The position numbers and the translations under genes are program-made. A model generated the notes under the pieces. The model did not search any database and was not told the DNA's origin. It saw only the letters and a list, made by a program, of their open reading frames with translations. From positions 896,001-960,000 of the forward strand of contig CAVUVW010000014.1 in assembly GCA_963745035.1 (NCBI GenBank): a stretch of DNA of 64,000 nt, given 5' to 3'. This DNA comes from an uncultured delta proteobacterium. GTDB taxonomy: Bacteria > Desulfobacterota > Binatia > UBA9968. Positions 20,887 through 30,595 of the stretch are shown here, in pieces. How positions within the stretch are numbered: the stretch's first letter is position 1; the number at the start of each line of letters is the position of its first letter.

Positions 20887-21978
20887 ATGAGCGTCAAAGG
20901 TCGAGCGGCAATTTTCGTCGAACCGAGAAAGCCTTTGGTCGTCGACGAGGTCGAGTTTCCCGATCCAGGCGCAGACCAGGTACTGGTGAAATTATTCTCC
21001 AGCGGCGTCTGCCACTCGCAGCTTCACACCATGGGGCGGCCGCCACGGCCGGGCCGGCGTTTGCCGGCGCTTATCGGACATGAATCCACGGGTGTCGTGG
21101 CGGCCAAGGGGAACCATGTGAAACACGTGAAGGAAGGCGATCACGTGATCACCACGTGGGTGGACCGGGATAATGCGACGACGACTCTGCCTCTGGTCGA
21201 TCACACGCTCAACGACCGAGAGCAATATACCGCGCGGTGGAAAGGCCAAGAGGTCTCGCATTCCGCCGCAACTTGGGCGGAATACGCCCTGGCGTCGGAG
21301 CGAGTCGTCTTGCCGATGCCCAACGACCTTCCCACCGATGTGACATCGATCATCGGCTGCGCCGTCATGACCGGAGCCGGCGCGATCATCAATACGTTGA
21401 AAGTTCGAAGCGGCCAGTCGGTGGCTATCTTCGGCGCGGGCGGGATCGGGCTTTGCGCCGTCGCCGCAGCAGCGGCCGTCGACGGCCATCCGATCATCGT
21501 GATCGATGTGAGTGATGACAAGCTCGCGTTCGCGCGCCGGTTCGGCGCAACTCACGTGATCAACGCGAAGTCAGCCGATCCTGTGCAGTCGATCAAGGAC
21601 CTCACCGCCGGCGGCGCCGACTTTGCCATCGATGCCATCGGGCTGCCGCAAACGCAGGAGCAGATTCTTCGCGCGGTGCGCGCGGGCTATTCCGGCATGA
21701 ATCGCGGCGGCACGGCGTTGCTCGTCGGCATTACGCCGCCGGACGCCAAAGCTATCCTTGATACGAGTTTGTTCATCGGCAATCGCTCTTTCACGCGCAC
21801 GAGCGGCGGCGACTGCAAGCCCGACCGAGACTTTCCGATTTTCCTGCGCTGGTTCCGCGAGGGCAAGCTCAAGCTGACCGAGCTGGTTACCCAGCGCTAC
21901 AAGCTGGAGCAGATCAACGCCGCGGTCGATGATTTGGAGCATGGACGGATTCTCGGCCGCGGGATCTTAGTGTTTTAG
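20887..21978 (+). CDS. Zn-dependent alcohol dehydrogenase (MDR)
   Basis: GVCHS, GHE, GCAVMTG, GAGGIG; the structural-Zn Cys cluster is absent. Confidence 0.9.
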   Translation: MSVKGRAAIFVEPRKPLVVDEVEFPDPGADQVLVKLFSSGVCHSQLHTMGRPPRPGRRLPALIGHESTGVVAAKGNHVKHVKEGDHVITTWVDRDNATTTLPLVDHTLNDREQYTARWKGQEVSHSAATWAEYALASERVVLPMPNDLPTDVTSIIGCAVMTGAGAIINTLKVRSGQSVAIFGAGGIGLCAVAAAAAVDGHPIIVIDVSDDKLAFARRFGATHVINAKSADPVQSIKDLTAGGADFAIDAIGLPQTQEQILRAVRAGYSGMNRGGTALLVGITPPDAKAILDTSLFIGNRSFTRTSGGDCKPDRDFPIFLRWFREGKLKLTELVTQRYKLEQINAAVDDLEHGRILGRGILVF

Positions 21979-22009
21979 TTGAGAGCGCGGAGCTGCATAC
22001 ACGAACCGT

Positions 22010-22245
22010 GTCATTCTGAGCCGAAGGCGAAGAATCTGCTTTTGACTTTTGCTCGCCATGTTCGCGTGACTGAAAAAAGGCAGATCCTTCGTCGTCGGCA
22101 GACTGTGTGAAAACTCTGTCGGAGCCCTTCGACATGGCTCAGGGTGAGCGGATAAATAGCTAATATCCTAAGAAGCGACTCCGCTCGTGGTGGGCGCCGT
22201 CGAACCATGAGCGGAATTCTCAGACAGTCTGGCGCTCAGGATGAC
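22010..22245. repeat. REP-like inverted-repeat element interrupted by a MITE
   Basis: GTCATTCTGAGC...GAAGAATCTGC and GCAGATCCTTCG...GCTCAGGATGAC arms. Confidence 0.65.
22100..22230. mobile_element. 131-bp MITE with 17-bp imperfect TIRs and GGC target duplication
   Basis: AGACTGTGTGAAAACTC / GAATTCTCAGACAGTCT (14/17 match), GGC on both sides. Confidence 0.6.
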
Positions 22246-22294
22246 TGAGCACTCGTATCCATAACGTGAAAATTCTGGGAGACACTGGCCTATT

Positions 22295-23275
22295 ATGACG
22301 ACAAATACATCGAATGAAGCAACCAACCGACCCGTCGGCAGGGACACGATACGATCGCGCCTGGTTTTGGAAGTCGCATCGGAGATGGTCGATCAGCGGA
22401 GTTGGCCGCATCGTCAGGCGCAGGTAAGCTTGCGGCCACAGGGCGCGGATGGGTGGGCGGTCAATATGATCGCGAGCGACGGGCCGGCGGCGATCGAGCA
22501 AGTTGCTAGCGGCGCGATGCAGCTCGCGATCAGCAATCCGGCGGGTTTTTTGGCGCTTGCGGTGCGGGGCACGGGACCGTTCACGGCGCCGATCCCGCTG
22601 CGCGCAATTACCATCATTCCGTCACCGGATCAGCTTGCTTTCGCCGTGACGGAACAAACGGGACTCAAGTCCTTGCGCGACGTGCGCGAACGGCGCTATC
22701 CGCTGCGCGTTTCTCTGCGCGGACAGAGAGATCACGCGCTTCATCCGGTCGTCAACGAAGTTTTGGCGGCGGCCGGCTTTTCGCTCGATGACATCGTCTC
22801 GTGGGGCGGGCAGGTGCGCTACGACGACGGTCTGCCGCAGAATAAGAATCGTCTCGGAGCGGTGACGCGCGGCGAAGTCGACATGGTGGTCGACGAGGCT
22901 GTGCGCGGTTGGATCAATTCGGCGGCCGGCGACGGGATGCGCGTGCTGCCGCTCGACGACGCGATGCTGAACAAGCTCGAAGCGATTGGCTTGCGCTGCG
23001 CGGTGATTCCGCGCAAGCGCTACCCGAATTTAGCAGCCGATGTTCCTACCCTCGATTTCAGCGGTTTCGCCGTTTACACCCACGCGAACGTGCCGGACGA
23101 AGTGGTCAGCGCCATCTGCGCCGCGCTGGAAGCGCGCAAGGATCGCATCGGCTGGCAGGAGCCCGGCCCGCTGCCGCTCGATCAGATGTGCCAGGACACG
23201 CCGGATGCTCCGCTGGCGATTCCGCTCCATCCAGCGGCGGAAAAGTTTTGGCGGGCGTGCGGGTACCTAGCTTAA
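22295..23275 (+). CDS. TAXI-family TRAP solute-binding-like protein (no obvious signal peptide)
   Basis: LAAAGFSLDDIVSWGG, IPLHPAAEKFW C-terminal motif. Confidence 0.75.
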   Translation: MTTNTSNEATNRPVGRDTIRSRLVLEVASEMVDQRSWPHRQAQVSLRPQGADGWAVNMIASDGPAAIEQVASGAMQLAISNPAGFLALAVRGTGPFTAPIPLRAITIIPSPDQLAFAVTEQTGLKSLRDVRERRYPLRVSLRGQRDHALHPVVNEVLAAAGFSLDDIVSWGGQVRYDDGLPQNKNRLGAVTRGEVDMVVDEAVRGWINSAAGDGMRVLPLDDAMLNKLEAIGLRCAVIPRKRYPNLAADVPTLDFSGFAVYTHANVPDEVVSAICAALEARKDRIGWQEPGPLPLDQMCQDTPDAPLAIPLHPAAEKFWRACGYLA

Positions 23276-23395
23276 CGAATCCAAAATTCACCGCGCCAGT
23301 AAAAGCGGATCATTCGTCCCCCTCAGGATGACGCCTAGCCGCTTAAGCGATTGCCGGTCAATCTCGCTGATTTGTTTCTTGGAGTTGAGGCGCCT

Positions 23396-24181
23396 TTAGC
23401 TCATCAATCTGCCGCCAGAGACGTTGAGCGACTCGCCGGTGGTGTGCGACGAATCGCTCGAGGCGAGAAACAGCGCGGCTTTGGCGATTTCGTCATGCTT
23501 GGCGTACTTGCGTAGGGGCGTAAGGGCGAGAATTTGCGCTTCATGTGCTTCGACAGTCATACCTAAATTCTTTGCGCGCGCGGCGTACATCTCCCGAAGA
23601 TCCGGCTCGTCCATGCCGCCCGGGCAAATTACATTGGCGCGAATGCCATGCGGCCCATATTCTTTGGCGATGGTTTGAGTCAGACCGGTGACTCCCCACT
23701 TTGCGGCGCACAGCGAGCCGCGCATCGCCATGCCTTCACGGCCGGCGGTGCCGGAGATGCTGACGATGCTGCCGCTCTTTTGCTTGACCATCTGCTTGAG
23801 AACCGCGCGGCAGCACAGAAAAACCAACTTTAAATTGTAGAGAATCACGTCGTCGAATTCTTTTTCGCTGATGTCGGTGACCGCCACCAACGGGCCGCGA
23901 AAGCCCGCGCTGTTGACCAGCACGTCGATCTTGCCGAAACGGCGTACGGTGTCGTCGACCAGCGCGTTCACCTGGCGATCGTCGCTGCAGTCGGCGGCTA
24001 CGGCGATCGCCGTACCGCCTTGCTGCGCGATCGTCTGCACGACACCTTCGAGCTGCGGCTTCATTTTTTCCAAGTCCACCAGAACCAGGCTCGCGCCCTC
24101 TGTAGAAAAAGCGCGCGCGATCGCCGCGCCGATGCCGCGCGCGCTGCCGACAATGATCGCGACTTGACCGTCCAATTTCAC
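23396..24181 (-). CDS. Short-chain dehydrogenase/reductase with atypical active site
   Basis: GSARGIG, VNSAG, NVICPG; LCAAK in place of YxxxK; GTG start. Confidence 0.9.
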   Translation of the reverse strand: MKLDGQVAIIVGSARGIGAAIARAFSTEGASLVLVDLEKMKPQLEGVVQTIAQQGGTAIAVAADCSDDRQVNALVDDTVRRFGKIDVLVNSAGFRGPLVAVTDISEKEFDDVILYNLKLVFLCCRAVLKQMVKQKSGSIVSISGTAGREGMAMRGSLCAAKWGVTGLTQTIAKEYGPHGIRANVICPGGMDEPDLREMYAARAKNLGMTVEAHEAQILALTPLRKYAKHDEIAKAALFLASSDSSHTTGESLNVSGGRLMS

Positions 24182-24192
24182 GCTTGTTTCTC

Positions 24193-25161
24193 TTAGCCGA
24201 GCGCCTTGGAATATTTTTCGCGCAGCTTGGCGTAGCGTTGGCCGCCTTCGGTGGCTGCCTTGCGGAAGTCCTCGGGCATGACGTTGTAAGGCGGGCGGAT
24301 CGGGCCGGTTTTGCAGTAGCCGGACGCCGCCATCAAGACTTTTTCGAGCTGAATGTTGTATGAAGCGAAAACCTCCTGGGACCCGGTGATCGCGTGGTGC
24401 GGCTCGTTGGCCCAGGCGATGTCGTCGGCTACTGCTTTCGCTTGCGCGCCGTCGCGCCCCGCCAGGGCCTTCATCAAAGCCACCGCGACCTGCGGCCCGA
24501 CGGACGGAATCCAGCAGGTGGTCTGGGTCTCGGGCGAGATCTGCGCGAATTCGTAAGCGAGGCCGATGGGCGGGACGAAATTCACTTTGCCTCGGGTGAC
24601 CTCCACGACTTTTTTCAAGATCGCCTTGGTGGAGAATTTCGCCGACATCACCGTCGGCGCTCTGTCTACGACCGGTCCCCAGAAATCGGCGTCGAAGGCG
24701 AAACGGAACGCGCGCGCGTTGGCGTACACCATGATCGGAAAATCCGGAAAGGTTTGCGCCACGTCGGCGTAAAACTTGACGGCCATGTCCACCGTCGCCG
24801 GCTGCCACATGGGAATTCCGAGCAGCGTGCCCGTGGCGCCGAGTTCTTTGACGAACTTGATGCGCCGGGCGATCTCGTGACCGCCGAGCGCGGTGGCGCC
24901 GACAAACGTCGGGATGCGGCCGCGGACGGTTTTCAGCAGGCAATCCACATAAGCTTCGTAGTCGTTCTGGCTAGTGGTGGCGCACTCGCCCATGGTGCCG
25001 AGCGCCATGATGCCGGTGGCGCCGTCGCGCACCAAACTCTCGGCGAGCCGCGCGGTTTCGTCGAGATCGACGGTGTCGGTGGCGTCGAGCCGGTCGGCTC
25101 CCTCTTTTGCCGGCGTCGGCATGATCGCCAACGCGCCTTTGAGATCTTGAGCAGTCAGCAT
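24193..25161 (-). CDS. DHDPS-family hydratase-aldolase, NahE-like
   Basis: IMPTPA...TVDLDETAR, GTMGECAT, GTLLGIPMW, YANARAFRF resemble NahE/PhdJ. Confidence 0.8.
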   Translation of the reverse strand: MLTAQDLKGALAIMPTPAKEGADRLDATDTVDLDETARLAESLVRDGATGIMALGTMGECATTSQNDYEAYVDCLLKTVRGRIPTFVGATALGGHEIARRIKFVKELGATGTLLGIPMWQPATVDMAVKFYADVAQTFPDFPIMVYANARAFRFAFDADFWGPVVDRAPTVMSAKFSTKAILKKVVEVTRGKVNFVPPIGLAYEFAQISPETQTTCWIPSVGPQVAVALMKALAGRDGAQAKAVADDIAWANEPHHAITGSQEVFASYNIQLEKVLMAASGYCKTGPIRPPYNVMPEDFRKAATEGGQRYAKLREKYSKALG

Positions 25162-25254
25162 AAAAGCCTCCTCAGAATTGCTGAGCCGGAAAAAATATCA
25201 GCGGCAACTGCTGCCTGTGTAACACGTCCGCTCCGCCGGTGGCAATAACGCGCG

Positions 25255-25950
25255 TCAAAGTTTGACCGCGATTCTTCCGGTCAGCAGAATGCCTTTCGGC
25301 GTCACCTTGGCGACATACGGCAGCAGCTCGACGCCGGCCTTGACGGCGCGGCGCAGCCAACGGCCGTACTCCGGGTCGATCTCGTCGGCGGGGCGAAAGT
25401 GATCGCAATCGCCGCGCTGGACTACGAAGACGACGGCGGCGCGATGGCCGCGGCGTTTGAGGCGGATCAATTCCTTTAAATGCTTGGTGGCGCGCTCGCT
25501 CACCGCGTCGGGAAAAGCAGCGGCGCCGCCGAAGGAAACCGTGACGTTCTTCACTTCGACGTAGCAACAGCCGTCGTTGCCCTCCAAACAGAGATCGAGC
25601 CGGCTACGGGCGCTGACCTTCACTTCACGCCGAATGACTTGATAACCGCATAATTCGGGAATCGCGCCGGCTTCGACAGCTTCCGCCACGAGACGGTTTG
25701 GATGAAATGTGTTGATGCCGATCCAGGTGCGTTTGATCTGAATCATTTCCCAGGTGTACGCGAGCTTGCGTCCCTTGTTTGGACTCAGCGAGAGATAGAC
25801 GACGCTGCCCGGCTCGTTGCAGCCGAGCATGCTGCCGGTGTTGGTGCAGTGGGCGGTAACCATTTCGCCGTTAGGAAGGCGCACATCGGCGAGAAAGCGC
25901 TTGTAGCGGCGCACGAGGGTGCCGCGGATGAGCCGGGAGGGAAAAAGCAT
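25255..25950 (-). CDS. sfsA: SfsA nuclease (sugar fermentation stimulation protein)
   Basis: RRYKRFLADV, AHCTNTGSM, VEVKNV, FPDAVSERATKHL. Confidence 0.95.
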   Translation of the reverse strand: MLFPSRLIRGTLVRRYKRFLADVRLPNGEMVTAHCTNTGSMLGCNEPGSVVYLSLSPNKGRKLAYTWEMIQIKRTWIGINTFHPNRLVAEAVEAGAIPELCGYQVIRREVKVSARSRLDLCLEGNDGCCYVEVKNVTVSFGGAAAFPDAVSERATKHLKELIRLKRRGHRAAVVFVVQRGDCDHFRPADEIDPEYGRWLRRAVKAGVELLPYVAKVTPKGILLTGRIAVKL

Positions 25951-26104
25951 GGGCTTGGTTATAGCGGAAGAGCCGGCGAATCCCAATAAACAAGACGCAA
26001 GTTTTCTCGCTGCGCTTCGAAAAATGACAATTGGGGGACGGCTTTCTTGAACTGGCGGAAGCGCTTTGTTAGCTTCGGGAGACCAATTCAACCGGAAGAA
26101 CTTC

Positions 26105-28324
26105 ATGGCGAAGCGAGAGCTCAAGTACGTCGGTCGAAGCGTTGCGCGCGTGGACGGCATCGAAAAAGTCACCGGCAAGGCGAAATTCGTCGGCGACCTT
26201 GTCGTTCCGGGCATGCTCCACGGCAAGATCTTACGGAGCCCGTATCCGCACGCGCGCATTCGCGCGATCGATGCCAGACAGGCCGAAGAACTGCCGGGCG
26301 TGGTCGCGGTGCTGACCGCTGCGGACATCTCCGACCTGAATCCGATCTACAACGGCCGGCCGGTGATCGCCATGGAAAAAGCGCGCTACGCCGGCGAGCC
26401 GGTGGCGGCGGTCGCCGCCGTGGACCTGGCGAGCGCGGAAGAGGCGCTCGCGCAGATTCAAGTCGATTACGAAGAGCTGCCGGCGGTGAGCGGCATCGAG
26501 GCGGCGCTTCGGAGCGGCGCGCCGGTGATCCATGAGGACAAGGCGGGAAACATCGGCACCCACGAGAAAGTCGTCCGCGGCAACGCCGACGAAGGCTTTG
26601 CCCAGTCCGACGAGGTCGTCGAAGACACCTTCACATTTCCGATGGTCTACCACTACGCGATGGAGCCGCACTCGGTCATCGCTCACTACGGCGACGACGA
26701 GATCACGGTGTGGTCCTCGGCGCAGCACCCGTTTCAGGTGCGCGGCGACATCGCGAAGATTTTCAAGGTGCCGCAGGCCAGAGTGCGCCTGGTGATCAAC
26801 TATCTCGGCGGCGGCTACGGCAGCAAGTCGTACACGAAATTCGAGCCGCTGGTGGTGGCCTTGGCGCGCAAGGCTAAGCAGCCGGTGCGCATCTGCAACT
26901 CGGTCGGCGAATCGATGGTGACCGTGCGCCGCCACGGCGCGCGTGTGCGCATCAAGACCGGCGTCAAACGGGACGGCACCATCCTGGCGCGCGAAGCGGA
27001 GATCTATCTCGATACCGGCGGCTACGACGACAACGGCCCGCAGGTAACGGCGCGCTCGGCGACGCGGGTGCTGGGCCCCTACTGGATTCCAAATATTCGC
27101 ACCGACGCGTACCAAGTTTACACCAACACCGGCTCGGCCGGTTCCTACCGCGCCATCGGCGCGCCCCAGGTGATCTACGCCGGCGAATCGCAGATCGAGA
27201 TGATCGCGGCGAAGATCGGCATGGACCCCGCCGAGCTGCGCATGAAAAATCTCCTCAAGAGGGGGCAGGAGCTTCGCCCGGGTCTAAAGGGCATCGACGC
27301 CGATCTGCCGGCGACGCTCAAGAGCCTGGTGCGCGCAAGCGGCTGGAAGAAGACGCGCAAAAAAAGCGGCGCGGCGCTCGGCATGGGCTGCGCGATCACC
27401 AACGCCGGAGCGACCCCGGTGTCGGTGGCGATGATCCGCATGCAATCGGACGGCATCGCCAACATCGCCGCGGGCAGCACGGAAATGGGGCAAGGCGTGC
27501 GCACGACGTTGACGCAAATCGCCGCGGAGGAATTGACCCTGCCGATGGAAAGCTTTCGCATGCTCGGCGCCGATACGAGAACGACGCCGTACGACAGCTC
27601 CACCGGATCGAGCCGTTCGACGACCTTGATGGGCACGGCGGTGCAAAAAGCGGCGCGCGACCTGAAACGGCAATTCATCACCATCGGCGCGCAGGCAATC
27701 GGAGTCAGGCCGAGCCAGGTGCGCGTCGAGGAAGGCGCGCTGATTTGCGGCGAGTCACGACTTACCTTTAAAGAAGCGTTCGAGCGGCGTTTCGGCAAAG
27801 GGTCCGGCGGCGAAATGATCGGGCGCGGCGAAGCCGGCCCGGAAATTACCGACAACAAGCTGCCGGTATTTTGGGAAGTCGGCATGGGCGCCGCCGAGGT
27901 CGCCGTCGATCGCGAGACCGGCGAAGTGAAGCTCAAGAAATTTATCTCCGTCGCCGACGTCGGCAAAGCGATTCATCCCGAGCACTGTGTCGCCCAGGAA
28001 GAGGGTGCGGCGATGCAGGGGATCGGCCACACGTTTTTTGAGCAGCTCATCTACGACAATGGCCAGCTCATCAATCCGAATCTGGTCGATTACCGCGTGC
28101 CGACTTTCGCCGACGTGCCGGAGGAATTCCACACGGCGTTGGTGGAAAACGGCGACGGCCCCGGACCATTCGGCGTGCGCGGCATGGCCGAGGGCGGCAT
28201 CCTTTCGGTGGCACCGTCGGTGTGCAACGCCATCGACCGCGCCACCGGGGTGCGCATCCGCGATTTGCCGCTGACTCCCGAGCGCGTTTGGCGTGCGCTC
28301 AAGGACGCGGGCAAGCAGCGATAG
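26105..28324 (+). CDS. Xanthine dehydrogenase family molybdopterin-binding (large) subunit
   Basis: KVTGKAKF, LGGGYGSK, YRAIG, TEMGQG, GPFGVRGMAE. Confidence 0.93.
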   Translation: MAKRELKYVGRSVARVDGIEKVTGKAKFVGDLVVPGMLHGKILRSPYPHARIRAIDARQAEELPGVVAVLTAADISDLNPIYNGRPVIAMEKARYAGEPVAAVAAVDLASAEEALAQIQVDYEELPAVSGIEAALRSGAPVIHEDKAGNIGTHEKVVRGNADEGFAQSDEVVEDTFTFPMVYHYAMEPHSVIAHYGDDEITVWSSAQHPFQVRGDIAKIFKVPQARVRLVINYLGGGYGSKSYTKFEPLVVALARKAKQPVRICNSVGESMVTVRRHGARVRIKTGVKRDGTILAREAEIYLDTGGYDDNGPQVTARSATRVLGPYWIPNIRTDAYQVYTNTGSAGSYRAIGAPQVIYAGESQIEMIAAKIGMDPAELRMKNLLKRGQELRPGLKGIDADLPATLKSLVRASGWKKTRKKSGAALGMGCAITNAGATPVSVAMIRMQSDGIANIAAGSTEMGQGVRTTLTQIAAEELTLPMESFRMLGADTRTTPYDSSTGSSRSTTLMGTAVQKAARDLKRQFITIGAQAIGVRPSQVRVEEGALICGESRLTFKEAFERRFGKGSGGEMIGRGEAGPEITDNKLPVFWEVGMGAAEVAVDRETGEVKLKKFISVADVGKAIHPEHCVAQEEGAAMQGIGHTFFEQLIYDNGQLINPNLVDYRVPTFADVPEEFHTALVENGDGPGPFGVRGMAEGGILSVAPSVCNAIDRATGVRIRDLPLTPERVWRALKDAGKQR

Positions 28325-28335
28325 CCGGCGCGAGC

Positions 28336-28845
28336 ATGAAATCCTCCGGCGCGATCCCCGGATTTCGCATCCACGCGGCCACCAAAGCCGACATCCCGGT
28401 CATTTTATCGTTCATCAAGAAGCTCGCCGATTACGAACGGTTATCGCACGAGGTCGTGGCGACGGAAGATTTGCTGCGAGAGACTCTCTTCGGCGCGCGC
28501 CGCAACGCCGAGGTGGTGCTCGGCTACTATAAAAGCCAGGCGGTGGGCTTCGTGCTGTTTTTTCACAACTACTCGACATTTCTTGGCCGGCCGGGAATCT
28601 ATATCGAAGATCTTTTCGTCGACGAGACGTTTCGCCGGCGCGGCTTTGGCGGCGCATTGCTGCGCCACGTGGCGCAGCTCGCCAAACAGCGAAAGTGCGG
28701 TCGCCTGGAATGGTCGGTGCTGGATTGGAACGAGCCGGCGATTCAGTTCTATCGAAAACTCGGCGCGGCGCCGATGAGCGAGTGGACTGTGTTCCGGCTG
28801 ACGGGCGAGGCGCTCACCAAGTTTGCCGACAGCGGAGAAAGTTAG
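28336..28845 (+). CDS. GNAT N-acetyltransferase (SSAT-like)
   Basis: NYSTFLGRPGIYIEDLFV, RRRGFG, WSVLDWNEPAI. Confidence 0.92.
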   Translation: MKSSGAIPGFRIHAATKADIPVILSFIKKLADYERLSHEVVATEDLLRETLFGARRNAEVVLGYYKSQAVGFVLFFHNYSTFLGRPGIYIEDLFVDETFRRRGFGGALLRHVAQLAKQRKCGRLEWSVLDWNEPAIQFYRKLGAAPMSEWTVFRLTGEALTKFADSGES

Positions 28846-28914
28846 CCTGCCTGCGCGCGTGCTCAACAATCCGGTCGCTGAATTCTCATACCCCGCGGCT
28901 TGGCGTCGGTCGGT

Positions 28915-29577
28915 TCACCGCTGTTGGAAAGGCACCGTTATTTTGATTTCCGTGCCTTTCCCCGGCGCGCTGTGAAAGTCGATCTCGCCGCCGATTTTTC
29001 GAATCCGTTCGTGCATGCCGCGCAAACCGTAATGCCCGCTGCCTTCGCCGGCGCCGCTCTCGAAGCCGACGCCGTTGTCGCGCAGGCTCGCCTCGCAGCC
29101 TTGCGCAGTGGTTTTGAGCGCCAGATGTAGCTCGGTGGCGCGGGAATGGCGCACGGCGTTCAAGATTCCTTCGCGCAAAGTAAAGTAGAGCTCGCGCTCG
29201 ATCGCCGGCGGCAAGTTGTGGGCGCCGACGGCGCATTGGAAGTCGAGCTTAAATCCGGTGCGGGTGCGAAAGATTTCCAGCTCCTGTTTCAGCCGTCTTT
29301 CGAGGGAGCCGGCTTGAAGCTCCTCGGGATCTTGGTTTTCGGTGAGCAGGTTGCGGATTTCAATGATCGCTTTGTCGATGGTCTCTTCAATCGCTTGAAG
29401 CTCGCGCTCCAACGCCGGCGGGTTGCGGAGCAGTTGGCGGCGGGAGCTCTCGGCACGCAGCCGCGCGCCGGAAAGCTGCTGGAGCACGCGGTCGTGCAGC
29501 TCGCGGGAGATGCGCTGCCGCTCTTCTGCTACCGCATCGGTCGTAGCGCGCGCTCGCTTATCGGGCTTTTTTTCCAA
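28915..29577 (-). CDS. HisKA_3 (NarX/DegS-type) histidine kinase without sensor domain
   Basis: ERQRISRELHD, NAVRHS, DNGVGF, GLRGMHER, PGKGT; TTG start after GGAGG. Confidence 0.85.
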   Translation of the reverse strand: MEKKPDKRARATTDAVAEERQRISRELHDRVLQQLSGARLRAESSRRQLLRNPPALERELQAIEETIDKAIIEIRNLLTENQDPEELQAGSLERRLKQELEIFRTRTGFKLDFQCAVGAHNLPPAIERELYFTLREGILNAVRHSRATELHLALKTTAQGCEASLRDNGVGFESGAGEGSGHYGLRGMHERIRKIGGEIDFHSAPGKGTEIKITVPFQQR

Positions 29578-29671
29578 GGTCCTCCAAGACGGCGGTCGCG
29601 CGGGCTCTCGACCTCTGACCGGACTCGCCGGGAACGCTCAACGCCGCGCGAGAAATCGGCGGCGCTCGTCA

Positions 29672-30391
29672 TCAGGCTGTTACTGTTAAGTGTCGCGCCA
29701 AGAATTCCAACGTTCTCGGCCACGAAGCTTCGTCAGCATGGCGGCGATAACTTTCCTTCGTATTGTCCAAAAAGGCGTGGCCGGCGTTCTCGTAGGAATA
29801 AAATTCATGGGGCTTGCCGAGCTTTTTAAGCTCCTCGTCGAGCTTCGTCATATCCTGCGGCGAAGGATTGCCGTCGTCGGCGCCGAAGTGGCCTTGGACC
29901 GGGCAATGGATGTCTCGGGTGCGCTCGAAAGGCGAGGGAAGATCGCGCCCCCAAGCGCGAAACGTGTTGCCCGGATAATAGGCGACCGCTGCCTTGAATG
30001 CCGGATTTGCCGCCGCTCCCAGATATGCCAAGCGCCCGCCCATGCAGAAGCCGATGATGCCGAGCCGGTTCACGTCGGCGTTGCCCTGGCGCTGGAGGAA
30101 TGCAATGGTCGCCGCCATGTCGTTGATGATGCGCCGATCGCTCAGGCGCGAGCGGCGCGCGGCGATGTCGTCTGTGCAATCCGGGCCGTCGCGATGATAC
30201 AGATCCGGCGCCGCCGCCAGGTAACCCGCCCGCGCCAGCCGCTCGGTCGCTTGCTGGAGGAACTCGTCGACGCCGCCCTGGTGCTGCATGACGAGCAGCG
30301 CCGGAAATGGGCCGGCACCCGGCGGCGCGCCGAGATAGATGCGCATCGCGCTGCCGTCGCAATCGGTTTCCCGCCAAATCGAACTAGTCAT
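29672..30391 (-). CDS. Dienelactone hydrolase family protein
   Basis: APDLYHR, GFCMGG, AGHAF. Confidence 0.9.
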   Translation of the reverse strand: MTSSIWRETDCDGSAMRIYLGAPPGAGPFPALLVMQHQGGVDEFLQQATERLARAGYLAAAPDLYHRDGPDCTDDIAARRSRLSDRRIINDMAATIAFLQRQGNADVNRLGIIGFCMGGRLAYLGAAANPAFKAAVAYYPGNTFRAWGRDLPSPFERTRDIHCPVQGHFGADDGNPSPQDMTKLDEELKKLGKPHEFYSYENAGHAFLDNTKESYRRHADEASWPRTLEFLARHLTVTA

Positions 30392-30595
30392 CGGATCCTC
30401 ATCATTAAAAAGCTGCCGTGTAACGCAGTCGCTCGTGGCTGTCAAGCTGGAAAACCGCGGCTGGCAGTTCAGTTGAAGAAAGATCTCTCACTTCGTGCGA
30501 CATGCGCTATTTCTCGTCGTTCGGAACGGATGCGAGGAATCGTTCCCATGCGCCAATTCGCAACGAACTCAAACCGAATTACTAGCAAACCCCGG

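Noticed and set aside
24182-24943. N-terminal extension of the SDR (515-aa ORF) as a fusion protein
   Set aside because: It overlaps the aldolase in another frame; the SDR starts at GTG 24181.
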